From positions 45,723-109,722 of the forward strand of contig JBAZQK010000003.1 of NCBI GenBank assembly GCA_041645215.1: a stretch of 64,000 nucleotides of DNA. Reading direction: 5' to 3'. This DNA comes from Patescibacteria group bacterium (GTDB taxonomy: Bacteria > Patescibacteriota > Patescibacteriia > Veblenbacterales > UBA10138). Below, piece after piece: positions 49,084 through 57,399 of this stretch. The position numbers and the translations under genes are program-made. Every line of letters starts with the position of its first letter. The first letter of the stretch is position 1. Under the pieces are notes generated by a model. That model worked only from the letters and a program-made list of their open reading frames with translations, searched no databases and had not been told where the DNA came from.

Positions 49084-49347
49084 TCACTTCGCTCGCTCTT
49101 TATCAAGAATATCGTGTGTGCCGACACGGCGAAGAACGATCAAAGTTTCCCAATATTGAAAGGTGAAACGATACGCTCGCGTTATACGCGCATACCAAAT
49201 CGAAGTGCCAGGCAATTTCTTCACATGAAGCGAAGAGTGACGAGGGTTTACAATTAAAAATTTAAGCACCTTGTCGAGCGCTCTCCGGACCTCAATCGGC
49301 AGTATCTGATAATCCTTCTTGAACGATTCAGTGAAGAAAAACTGCAT
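49084..49347 (-). CDS. RelE/ParE-family toxin
   Basis: 87-aa protein with a RelE/ParE-like C-terminus (YARITRAYRFTFQYWETLIVLRRVGTHDILDKE). Its start overlaps the stop of the upstream small ORF by 1 nt. Confidence 0.65.
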   Translation of the reverse strand: MQFFFTESFKKDYQILPIEVRRALDKVLKFLIVNPRHSSLHVKKLPGTSIWYARITRAYRFTFQYWETLIVLRRVGTHDILDKERAK

Positions 49348-49637
49348 TATCTTTTTCCCTTACCGCGAAGCGCGGCGATAAGCGTTTTGGCATCTCTGAA
49401 TGGGCCGTAGACTTTGCGCGCCTTTATGGCGACATCAGCTTCGGCTTCTTTTTGCTGCCACTCTGGTGTCCAAAACCAATTGTCTTCGGCGCGAACTTTT
49501 ACTGTTCTCTTCCAATGGGAAAACGCCTCATATTCCTCACGGGGAATAACCACAAGATCTCCTTTTTGAGCAAGTTCTTTAGGAATAGTAACTGCATTCA
49601 TAGTGACACTATACCATATCCAAAAATCAAAAGTCAA
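49347..49637 (-). CDS. Putative antitoxin (AbrB/MazE-like swapped-hairpin N-terminus). Probable start at MNAVTIPK.
   Basis: VTIPKELAQKGDLVVIPREEYEAF resembles SpoVT/AbrB-type antitoxin DNA-binding domains. It is translationally coupled to the RelE-like gene. Confidence 0.45.
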   Translation of the reverse strand: MTFDFWIWYSVTMNAVTIPKELAQKGDLVVIPREEYEAFSHWKRTVKVRAEDNWFWTPEWQQKEAEADVAIKARKVYGPFRDAKTLIAALRGKGKR

Positions 49638-49852
49638 ACCTCGTTTACAAAATTATTATATTTTGTCTACTATCTTTGCATATGTGGAGTTAGTGGACAA
49701 GGCCCCCTGACAAGAGGGTTAGGGATTGTATTATTTTTAGTGAATTAAAACATTAAGAAAAATCGCCTGGTACGGGAAAGAAAGAAAGAGTACCTGACCC
49801 CCTTTCTATGTTAACTTGTAGCAAGGACAGGACAGTCCTTGCTACACTTTAT

Positions 49853-52800
49853 CTATCGTTGATAGTTAGATCCTACCAACTCAATTCTAAATATAACCGC
49901 AGTGTCATTATTCGATACCGACCATTGTAGTTTACCCTCGATAGCAGTCGGTAAATTTGCGGTAAGATTCGTAGCCGCCGAAAGTGCTCCACCGTTTTTC
50001 CTCCAATAATAATCTACACTTGTTGTCCCGTTTACCACAAAAATTAAATCAAGGAACTCAGAGCCAGCTAGCGTTGTAAGAGATGCCGACGCATTTTCTG
50101 TCGTTCCATCTGCTTGAGTTGCATAAAGATTAACTACCCCGCCACTTTTGATAATCTTGAAGCCAATATGAGCATCTGTATAAGTATGTCCACTACCATT
50201 AACCGTTGGTTGTCCAATTCCGAAGAAAGTCGATGCCGCTCCATTCGAAGCATCAATTGCGGCGGCATTAACAAGAACTGAATATATTGGACTACCTGCG
50301 AATAATTTTGCGTTTGTAGTCTGAAAATTAACTCGTATACTTTGAGAACTTGTAATCGTAGCACCGGTGTTGACTGAAACTCCATATGAGCCAAATGATG
50401 TAGTACCACTGCCAACACTGACAAGCTCAAATCGTGCAGAAGTCGAAAACTCCGTTGAAAACGCTGTTTTTGATACAGGAACTTGGCTCACAAAATTCGT
50501 CCCATCAGAAGTAAGCACATTGCCGGAGGTGCCGGCGGTGGCGGGATAGGTGGCGGTGGACCAAGTCGGGGCGGCTGAAGCGCCGGAACGCAAAATTTGT
50601 CCGGCTGTAGCTGTGCCCGATAATATAGCGCCGGCTGAAGCGGTGGAATATAAAATTCCGCCATTAGAAGCGGTTAAGTTTGCGCCCGTGCCACCTTGAG
50701 CTAAGGTTATTAAAGCATTAGATGTTAAGATAGTAGCAGCAGCATCAGGGAAAGTGTAAACTCTGGCTACTGTCGGGCCTGCGGCAGTAAAGAACGCTAT
50801 ACCTGTTCCACCATTAGCAGTTGGTAATATTCCAGTTACCTTTGCCGCAAGGTCAATAGTTCCAGCCGCAATCATTGCATTGGTAACTTTTAAAGCTCCG
50901 ATAGCGGTGGTTATAGCACCGGTTCCTGTTCCTGAAACATCTCCAGATAATGTTATAGTTTGGTCGCCTGTATTTGTGCCAGAGTTTGTGCCTGTAATGT
51001 CAGAAGTGAATGCTAGTGTTCCAGCGGCATCTTTTAAGGTGTAAATTCTATCGGCTGTATTGGTATTTACAAAATATCCATCAAAAGTATTGGCAACATT
51101 TCTTAATTTCATGGTTGTATTTAAGAAAGTTTTGATACCAGAGTTTGTTTGGGCAGAAGCTAATACCATATCGCCTACACCTTTGGCATTAAGTTGAGTT
51201 TGGATAGCTGAAGTTACACCTTTGACATAGGAAAGTTCGGTAAGAGATGGGTAAGTAGCTGTTGCGAGAGAACCAAGAGTATTTGCCCCAGACCAATAAG
51301 TCAGTTCGTTTATAGTTCCTGTTCCAACTGATGTTAAATAAGTTGAATTATCAAATGAAATTACTGTTCCATTGCCTTTTAAGAAACCCGTTCCATTGGT
51401 CGTAGAAGCGGTTGTGATGTTGTCTAAAGTTAATGCCCTGTCGGGGAGTGTATAAATTCTATCAGCAGTATTTGTATTTACAAAATAACCATCAAAAGTA
51501 TTGGCAACATTTCTTAATTTCATTGTCGTATTTAAGAAAGTTTTGATACCAGAGTTTGTTTGGGCAGATGCAAGAACCATATCACCTACACCTTTAGCGT
51601 TTATTTGAGTTTGTATCGCTGAAGTTACTCCCGCTACATAATTTAATTCTGTGCCTGTAGCAGTCATTGAAATTGCTCCAATGGTGAATGGTGTAGGTAT
51701 AATGACTGTGCCGGTAAAAGTAGGAGAAGCCAAAGGTGCGTAAGCTGTGGTATCAATAGATAATGTTCCAATTCCGCCACCTGTTTTTACAAAACCATTA
51801 GTCGTAAGGTTAGAAAGTGCAGTAATGTTTTGCGAAGTATTGACTGTAATGGTATTTACTGAACGAGTAAGACCAGTTGAAAAAGTTAAAGGCACTTCAT
51901 AAGCACTTGAAGCGGTATAAGCAGCTGTGCCTAATGTTCCACCAGTTCCGATGTTTAGAGTTGATGCATCTGTTCCCGCCAGAGTGAGAGTATTGGAAAT
52001 GGTTAATGTTTTGCCAGCCGTGACTGCCAGTCCGGTGACGGTGGCGGCATTGCCAGTGGTAGAGCCAGACGAACCAGTTACATTGCCAGTCACATTACCG
52101 GTGAGTGGACCAGAAAAGCCGGTAGCGGTTAAAAGTCCAGTGGCAGGATTGAATGACAGTTTGGTAGTAGAAACTTTAGCCGCGTAATTACCGCCAGCCG
52201 TGGCTGTCCACAAAGGATACATGGTGGCGGCGGTAGTGATATCGTCAGCATTATTCACCGGTACAGTTATAGCGCCCGAACCATCAAAATTAACCCCATT
52301 GATGGCTCTGGTGGTGGTTAAAGTCGCCGCGCTGCCAGTCGTGTTCTGGTTTAAGGTTGGGAAATCTCCAGCCACGGCGATTGTCAAAGCGCCGGTAGTA
52401 GTGGTTGATTTTAAAATACCAGTAGCGAGCGCGGAAGTTCCAGCTGAATAATCCGTTCCAGCCGTAGCGGCCGAAAAGGCCGATGCACCATTACCCTTGA
52501 TTAGTCCAGTCAGGGTGGACACGCCTGTGCCGCCATAAGCAACCCCCACCACATTACCTTGCCAAGTAGAGCCGGTGGACAGGGTTTTATTGAGCAAGGT
52601 TTCGGTACCAGCTAAAGTAGCCAAGGTGCCAGAGGTGGGTAAAATCAGGCTGGTGTTAGCCGTAGTCGTAAAGAATAAGGTATTAGCCGCAGTGGCCAAA
52701 GGCACTAGGCCGCTGTTATCCTGCAGGGTGATAGTTCGGCTGGCTGTGGGGTCGGTTACGCCCAAAGTGGTTTTGTTGGTATCAATGGTGGTGCCGTCAA

Positions 52801-52951
52801 AGGTCAGGGTAAGGTTGCCTTGGGAATTAATATTAAAGCTGGAAAAAGTCAATTCTGCCAAGGCATACTGGGAAGTAATAGCCAAAGACAAGATTATAGC
52901 TAAACCAACGGCGCTTTGGCGCCAATATCTAAACAGTTTAAACTTGGTCAT
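49853..52951 (-). CDS. Large (1032 aa) Thr/Gly/Ala-rich repetitive surface protein with a signal peptide and an internal near-identical duplication
   Basis: N-terminal signal/anchor (LAIILSLAITSQYALA) and T/G/A/S/N-rich repeats. A segment of about 55 aa (KGVGDMVLASAQTNSGIKTFLNTTMKLRNVANTFDGYFVNTNTADRIYTL) occurs twice. The corresponding DNA at about 51080-51230 and 51490-51640 is nearly identical. It resembles a phage tail-fibre or adhesin. Confidence 0.6.
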   Translation of the reverse strand: MTKFKLFRYWRQSAVGLAIILSLAITSQYALAELTFSSFNINSQGNLTLTFDGTTIDTNKTTLGVTDPTASRTITLQDNSGLVPLATAANTLFFTTTANTSLILPTSGTLATLAGTETLLNKTLSTGSTWQGNVVGVAYGGTGVSTLTGLIKGNGASAFSAATAGTDYSAGTSALATGILKSTTTTGALTIAVAGDFPTLNQNTTGSAATLTTTRAINGVNFDGSGAITVPVNNADDITTAATMYPLWTATAGGNYAAKVSTTKLSFNPATGLLTATGFSGPLTGNVTGNVTGSSGSTTGNAATVTGLAVTAGKTLTISNTLTLAGTDASTLNIGTGGTLGTAAYTASSAYEVPLTFSTGLTRSVNTITVNTSQNITALSNLTTNGFVKTGGGIGTLSIDTTAYAPLASPTFTGTVIIPTPFTIGAISMTATGTELNYVAGVTSAIQTQINAKGVGDMVLASAQTNSGIKTFLNTTMKLRNVANTFDGYFVNTNTADRIYTLPDRALTLDNITTASTTNGTGFLKGNGTVISFDNSTYLTSVGTGTINELTYWSGANTLGSLATATYPSLTELSYVKGVTSAIQTQLNAKGVGDMVLASAQTNSGIKTFLNTTMKLRNVANTFDGYFVNTNTADRIYTLKDAAGTLAFTSDITGTNSGTNTGDQTITLSGDVSGTGTGAITTAIGALKVTNAMIAAGTIDLAAKVTGILPTANGGTGIAFFTAAGPTVARVYTFPDAAATILTSNALITLAQGGTGANLTASNGGILYSTASAGAILSGTATAGQILRSGASAAPTWSTATYPATAGTSGNVLTSDGTNFVSQVPVSKTAFSTEFSTSARFELVSVGSGTTSFGSYGVSVNTGATITSSQSIRVNFQTTNAKLFAGSPIYSVLVNAAAIDASNGAASTFFGIGQPTVNGSGHTYTDAHIGFKIIKSGGVVNLYATQADGTTENASASLTTLAGSEFLDLIFVVNGTTSVDYYWRKNGGALSAATNLTANLPTAIEGKLQWSVSNNDTAVIFRIELVGSNYQR

Positions 52952-53334
52952 ATAATCAACAAGTTAATGATTAATAACTAAAGTCTATATCAAAGAGTAG
53001 CATAATTACCTTAATAAATTCAAGCACCTTGACCCGCCAACGGCGGTGGCTTGTCCCGCTTCAGCCAGCACGCCCCGCCGATTCGGCGGGGTATTTTGGC
53101 GAAAGGTGATAAACGCGTAAGTCCTATATAAGCAAAGAACAAGCCCTTTTTAGGAGGACTTGTTCTCTAAATTAAATCAGTATAGGACCTACGCACTTCG
53201 TCATCCTGAACTCGATTCAGGATCTCTATCAAGGACTAATGTTAGCCAAGGTTAGATTCTGATCCGCCAGTGGCGGACAGAATGACGGCTGCAAAAATAC
53301 CACATTCTGTGTCAAGTGCGTAAATCCTACAGTA

Positions 53335-53790
53335 TTATTGAATTCCGCTCGGCGTGGCAGTTCGCGCGCCAGCGGCTAGACCACCGGTAGCGCCTTCCAG
53401 AGTAAAAGTAATTGAATAGGATGTACCATCGGCCGAGGCGTAAGTATAAGCGGCTCCGCCCGGTGACGGGTTAGAAGGCACTCTCCCCATATAAACCGTT
53501 CCAGCGGCCGTGGCGTTAAAGCCATTGGTGGCGCTTAAGGTCAAATGGTTAGCGTCGCCCAAAGTTCCGGCTTGAGCATTGGCAGCAATAGTGCCGGATG
53601 GATACAGATTCTGATCGCCATAATAAAGCTCCAAAGCGGTTTGTATCTGCTTAACATCACTCACCCGCTTAGCATCGCGCGACTTCAGACGAGCGCTGTT
53701 AAGAGCCACTACCGCCAAGGTTGACAAAATGGCAATAATAGCGATTACAACCAAGAGTTCAACTAAAGTGAAACCTTTTTGATTTGTCAT
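53335..53790 (-). CDS. Type IV major pilin
   Basis: Canonical class III signal and N-terminal helix: MTNQKG|FTLVELLVVIAIIAILSTLAVVAL. Confidence 0.9.
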   Translation of the reverse strand: MTNQKGFTLVELLVVIAIIAILSTLAVVALNSARLKSRDAKRVSDVKQIQTALELYYGDQNLYPSGTIAANAQAGTLGDANHLTLSATNGFNATAAGTVYMGRVPSNPSPGGAAYTYASADGTSYSITFTLEGATGGLAAGARTATPSGIQ

Positions 53791-54129
53791 TGTCTCACCT
53801 CCTTCCTTTTTTGCACAAATTCCTTGCGCGCTATACTCATAGTAATCAAAGTTTAGAACCCAAGGACAAAAATAACATAGTTAGTATAGCATATTTTCTG
53901 GCTAGCGTCCAATAGCCCGAGACTACCTATTTAAATTACGAAATTGAGATTCTTCAGCTTCGCTTCAGAATGACAAATGGAAGTAGGTTCAGAATGACAG
54001 AGTGGCTAGCCTCACTATAGCGCGTGTGTCATCCTGAGTGGAGCGATAGCGGAATGAAGGATCTCGAGATCCTTCAGCCGATTCCGCCGGCCGGCGGAAA
54101 GCGAAAGGTTATTTCGTAATTCAAGGTAG

Positions 54130-55338
54130 TTAAAAACTGCCGGCCAAATTATACAGCGGCAAAATTATCGCCGACACCATAACCCCCACCGCCACACCCA
54201 AAACCACCATTATCAGCGGCTCAACCAAAGTAGACAAATTGCTCACCAAATTTTCCACCTCCCGACTGTAAAACGCCGCCAAGCGCTGCAAAATTTCTTC
54301 CAGCCGGCCGGTTTTCTCGCCCACCACCATCATCTGCGAAACCATCACCGGCATCACCTCCGACTGCAAAAAAACCGTGGACACTGAATTGCCCTCCTCC
54401 ACCTCATGAATCGTGCGCTTAATCAAATCTTGAAAAACCGAATTGCCCACCACCCCCGACACCACCTCCAAGCTTTTGGTTAGCGGCACGCCGCCCTGCA
54501 ACAAAGTCGCCAGCGACCGGGCAAAACGGACCAAATAAATTTGCCGGTAAATCCGGCCAAAAATGGGAATTTTCAATTGCCAGCGATGCCACAGCAATCT
54601 GCCAACCTCGGTCCGAACAAAAACTCTGATGCCGCCAATCACCCCCATTACAATTAATATTATCAACCACCAATAATTCTGCATAATATTACTGGTGCCA
54701 ATAAGCAATCGGGTCGTAAACGGCAATTTAGTATTGGTGTCCTGTAAAATCGTAATCAGTTTTGGCAAAACAAAAACCATCATTACGAAACCAACAATAA
54801 TCAAGCCGCCAACAATAAAAGCCGGGTAAATCATGGCGCCGTGAATTTTACTCGTCAAGTCGTGATTCTTTTCCGCCTCATCCGCCAAATAATTTAACGA
54901 TTCCTCCAATTTGCCCGAAGTTTCGCCGGATTTAATCATATTCACGTAAAATCCGGAAAAGGCCTCGGGATACTTAGCCAAGGCGCCGGACAATTTGGCG
55001 CCGCCTTCCACCTCATCAGCCACATCCGAAACTATCACGCGCAAAGTATCATTCTCCGTTTGTTTAACTAAAATGTGCAAACTTTCCAACAACGGCACGG
55101 ATGCCGAGGCCATAACGGCTAACTGGCGGGAAAATATTACCAGGTCTTTTGACTTGATGCGGTTAAAAAGTTTAAGTGACGCCTGCAAAAAACTGCCGGC
55201 CGCGCGCGCTTCCACCGACACCGGCGTTAACTGCTTTTCCGCCAAAACTTCCAACGCCAGACTTTCCGAAGCGGCTTCCACTACTCCCGATTGATCTTGG
55301 CCTTTATAATCTTTGGCGTGATAATCAAAAAATGGCAT
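54130..55338 (-). CDS. pilC: Type IV pilus inner-membrane platform protein PilC (GspF family)
   Basis: Two GspF-like repeats with three TM segments, in pilus-locus context. Length is 402 aa. Confidence 0.85.
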   Translation of the reverse strand: MPFFDYHAKDYKGQDQSGVVEAASESLALEVLAEKQLTPVSVEARAAGSFLQASLKLFNRIKSKDLVIFSRQLAVMASASVPLLESLHILVKQTENDTLRVIVSDVADEVEGGAKLSGALAKYPEAFSGFYVNMIKSGETSGKLEESLNYLADEAEKNHDLTSKIHGAMIYPAFIVGGLIIVGFVMMVFVLPKLITILQDTNTKLPFTTRLLIGTSNIMQNYWWLIILIVMGVIGGIRVFVRTEVGRLLWHRWQLKIPIFGRIYRQIYLVRFARSLATLLQGGVPLTKSLEVVSGVVGNSVFQDLIKRTIHEVEEGNSVSTVFLQSEVMPVMVSQMMVVGEKTGRLEEILQRLAAFYSREVENLVSNLSTLVEPLIMVVLGVAVGVMVSAIILPLYNLAGSF

Positions 55339-55341
55339 AAA

Positions 55342-56418
55342 TTAAGAGCGCTGGAGTAAAGCTTTAAACAATTCCAAATCGTGCGCGTACTTGATTGCTA
55401 TTTCCTGCATAATTTCACCGGTTTGGGTAAGTTGGGCCAAGGCAAAATCAAACGGCATCATACCCTCGGCGCGCGATGTCTGCAATAAATTATTAAGGCG
55501 GTAATATTTACCTTCTTGAATAATTGATTTTACCGGCGGGGTGTTAAGCAATAATTCCGGCACCAATACCCGGCCGCCGCCGACGCGCGGAATTAATTGC
55601 TGAAAAGATATAGCCAACAAAGCGTCGGCCAGCCTGGTCCGCGCACTGTCCTGATCATCCGGTTTATATTGCCCAAGCAAACGTTCGATAGTTTTAACTG
55701 ACGAATCTGACTCGGTTACCGCCAAAACTAACTTGCCGCCTAAGGCCAAATCAATCGCCTGATTGATTATCTGGCCGCTCGGCAAACGCGACAACGCTAT
55801 CACATCGCAATCCTCATTCGGCAAGTCGCTAACCGCCTCTTCCCAACTATTAACGTCCTGGCCCACTTCTCTTTGATCTAACAGGCTTTTATCAGCTAAT
55901 AAAGCGTATTCAATCGGTTCTTCAATGGTTACAATGTGACGCGCCTGGCGATGGTTAATTACTGACAGCAGACTGGCCACCGTCGTGCTCCGACCGGAAC
56001 CGAACGGCCCGGTTATCAAAATTAAACCATGCTGACGGCTGGTTAATTTGGCCAACGCCGGCGGCAAACCTAAATCAACTGTTGTTTTAACCGAACTGCC
56101 GATAAAACGCATAGTTAATTCCGGTAAACCATGCTGATAAAAAACCGACACCCGCAGGCGTAAACGGTTGGCAAAATTATAACCAATGGTTATTTGTTTT
56201 TGCTGTTCCAAAATTTGACGTTGCTGGGGTGTCAGTAAATAAGCCAGTATCGCCTCTAAAAAATCAGCGGAAACAGTCGCCTCGTCGCTTTCAACCGACA
56301 ACTCGCCGTCGCGGCGCGCCACCGGCTGGGAACCGGCGCGTAAATATAAATCTGACACCGCTTGCGCAGCCAAATTAGTCAGTATTTTTTGAAAAATCGC
56401 AACTTCGGTAGCTGACAT
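55342..56418 (-). CDS. PilT-like secretion ATPase paralog with degenerate Walker motifs
   Basis: PilT/GspE-family core. Walker A reads GPFGSGRST (Arg instead of Lys). The Asp-box/Walker B region reads DCDVIALSRL, lacking the catalytic Glu of the canonical DPDVILVGEMRD. Confidence 0.7.
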   Translation of the reverse strand: MSATEVAIFQKILTNLAAQAVSDLYLRAGSQPVARRDGELSVESDEATVSADFLEAILAYLLTPQQRQILEQQKQITIGYNFANRLRLRVSVFYQHGLPELTMRFIGSSVKTTVDLGLPPALAKLTSRQHGLILITGPFGSGRSTTVASLLSVINHRQARHIVTIEEPIEYALLADKSLLDQREVGQDVNSWEEAVSDLPNEDCDVIALSRLPSGQIINQAIDLALGGKLVLAVTESDSSVKTIERLLGQYKPDDQDSARTRLADALLAISFQQLIPRVGGGRVLVPELLLNTPPVKSIIQEGKYYRLNNLLQTSRAEGMMPFDFALAQLTQTGEIMQEIAIKYAHDLELFKALLQRS

Positions 56419-56455
56419 AATAGGAAATTTAAAATGTAAATATCAAAGATTAAAA

Positions 56456-56848
56456 TTATTTTTTATTCTTGAGAGTCAATATACTGGAAGCTAAAATATT
56501 AGCTAATTCTATTAATTCAGCCAAAAGACGGTTAACTTCTTGTTTATTGCCTTTATTAGTGTCTCTTAGAAGTGTTAGCCAGACTTTTGATTCATTAGCT
56601 GATTTTAATGAATAAGTGAAAAAATTAATAAAATCCTTCTTGGAGCTAGCCGAGTTGGCTTCTATATAATTGGCTAATATGCTAGTACCGCTCCGTAATA
56701 ACTGTTTACCAATCACTTCACTCACAACTCCTTTAGGCAATGAATCAATGAATTTAATTAAACTTAGAGTAAATTTATAAAGCCGTTGTTTAAATTCATT
56801 TTTAAATTTTAATTTGTCATTTTCCATTTTGATTTTTACATTTTGCAT
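56456..56848 (-). CDS. Four-helix-bundle protein (23S rRNA intervening-sequence protein family). Probable start at the internal MENDKL.
   Basis: LLRSGTSILANYIEANSASSKKDFINFFTYSLKSANESKVWLTLL matches the four-helix-bundle/IVS-protein signature. Confidence 0.65.
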   Translation of the reverse strand: MQNVKIKMENDKLKFKNEFKQRLYKFTLSLIKFIDSLPKGVVSEVIGKQLLRSGTSILANYIEANSASSKKDFINFFTYSLKSANESKVWLTLLRDTNKGNKQEVNRLLAELIELANILASSILTLKNKK

Positions 56849-56935
56849 TAATTATTATTGCCCATAAATAATGTTTAAATGTTCTTTTGTTCCAGTGCTT
56901 AAGTGATAAAGTGTTTAAGTGTTTAAGTGTTCCTT

Positions 56936-57310
56936 CTACTCTATCAACGATTTTACCTTAGCTACCACCTCCGACGGTAAAAAATGGGCCTTAATTAAGT
57001 AAGCCGCCGCGCCCAATTCATGGGCGCGAGCCACATCAGCTTGAATATGAGAGTTAGTAAGCATAATCACCGGAATGTTTTGAGTCAACACCTCGGCTTT
57101 AAGTTCGGCTAATACTGTAAAACCGTCTTTTTTAGGCAAACCAATATCCAGCAAGACCACGGCTGGCATTGCATCTTTTATCAAACTAACCGCCCGTTCA
57201 CCATCTTCCGCCACCTTAACCGTAAAACCCTCATTAGTAAGCTTAGTTTGGTACAATCGCCGTAAAAATTCATCATCCTCTACCAAAACTATAATTTTAT
57301 TGGTTGACAT
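56936..57310 (-). CDS. Single-domain response regulator (CheY/PilH-like receiver)
   Basis: IVLVEDDEF ... VVLLDIGLPKKDGF ... with the phospho-acceptor Asp and conserved Lys. Length is 124 aa. Confidence 0.85.
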   Translation of the reverse strand: MSTNKIIVLVEDDEFLRRLYQTKLTNEGFTVKVAEDGERAVSLIKDAMPAVVLLDIGLPKKDGFTVLAELKAEVLTQNIPVIMLTNSHIQADVARAHELGAAAYLIKAHFLPSEVVAKVKSLIE

Positions 57311-57399
57311 ATAATATTGACTTTCAGGACCAGTCAGGATCAGAATGACGGAACGAAAAAGTCTTTATTTAGTGGCAAAGGCGTAAGTCCTAATAATAT

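Noticed and set aside
44430-49852. The TA island interpreted as an integron cassette array
   Set aside because: The Doc/Fic, RelE and HepT/MNT content and the repeats between every module resemble chromosomal integron cassettes. However, the genes are in mixed orientations, no intI integrase or attI is visible, and the repeats do not show the attC R''-L''/L'-R' architecture that I can discern.
49853-52951. The tail-fibre-like giant protein as evidence of a prophage
   Set aside because: No capsid, terminase, portal, integrase or other phage genes flank it. The neighbours are TA modules and pilus genes. It is more likely a surface adhesin.
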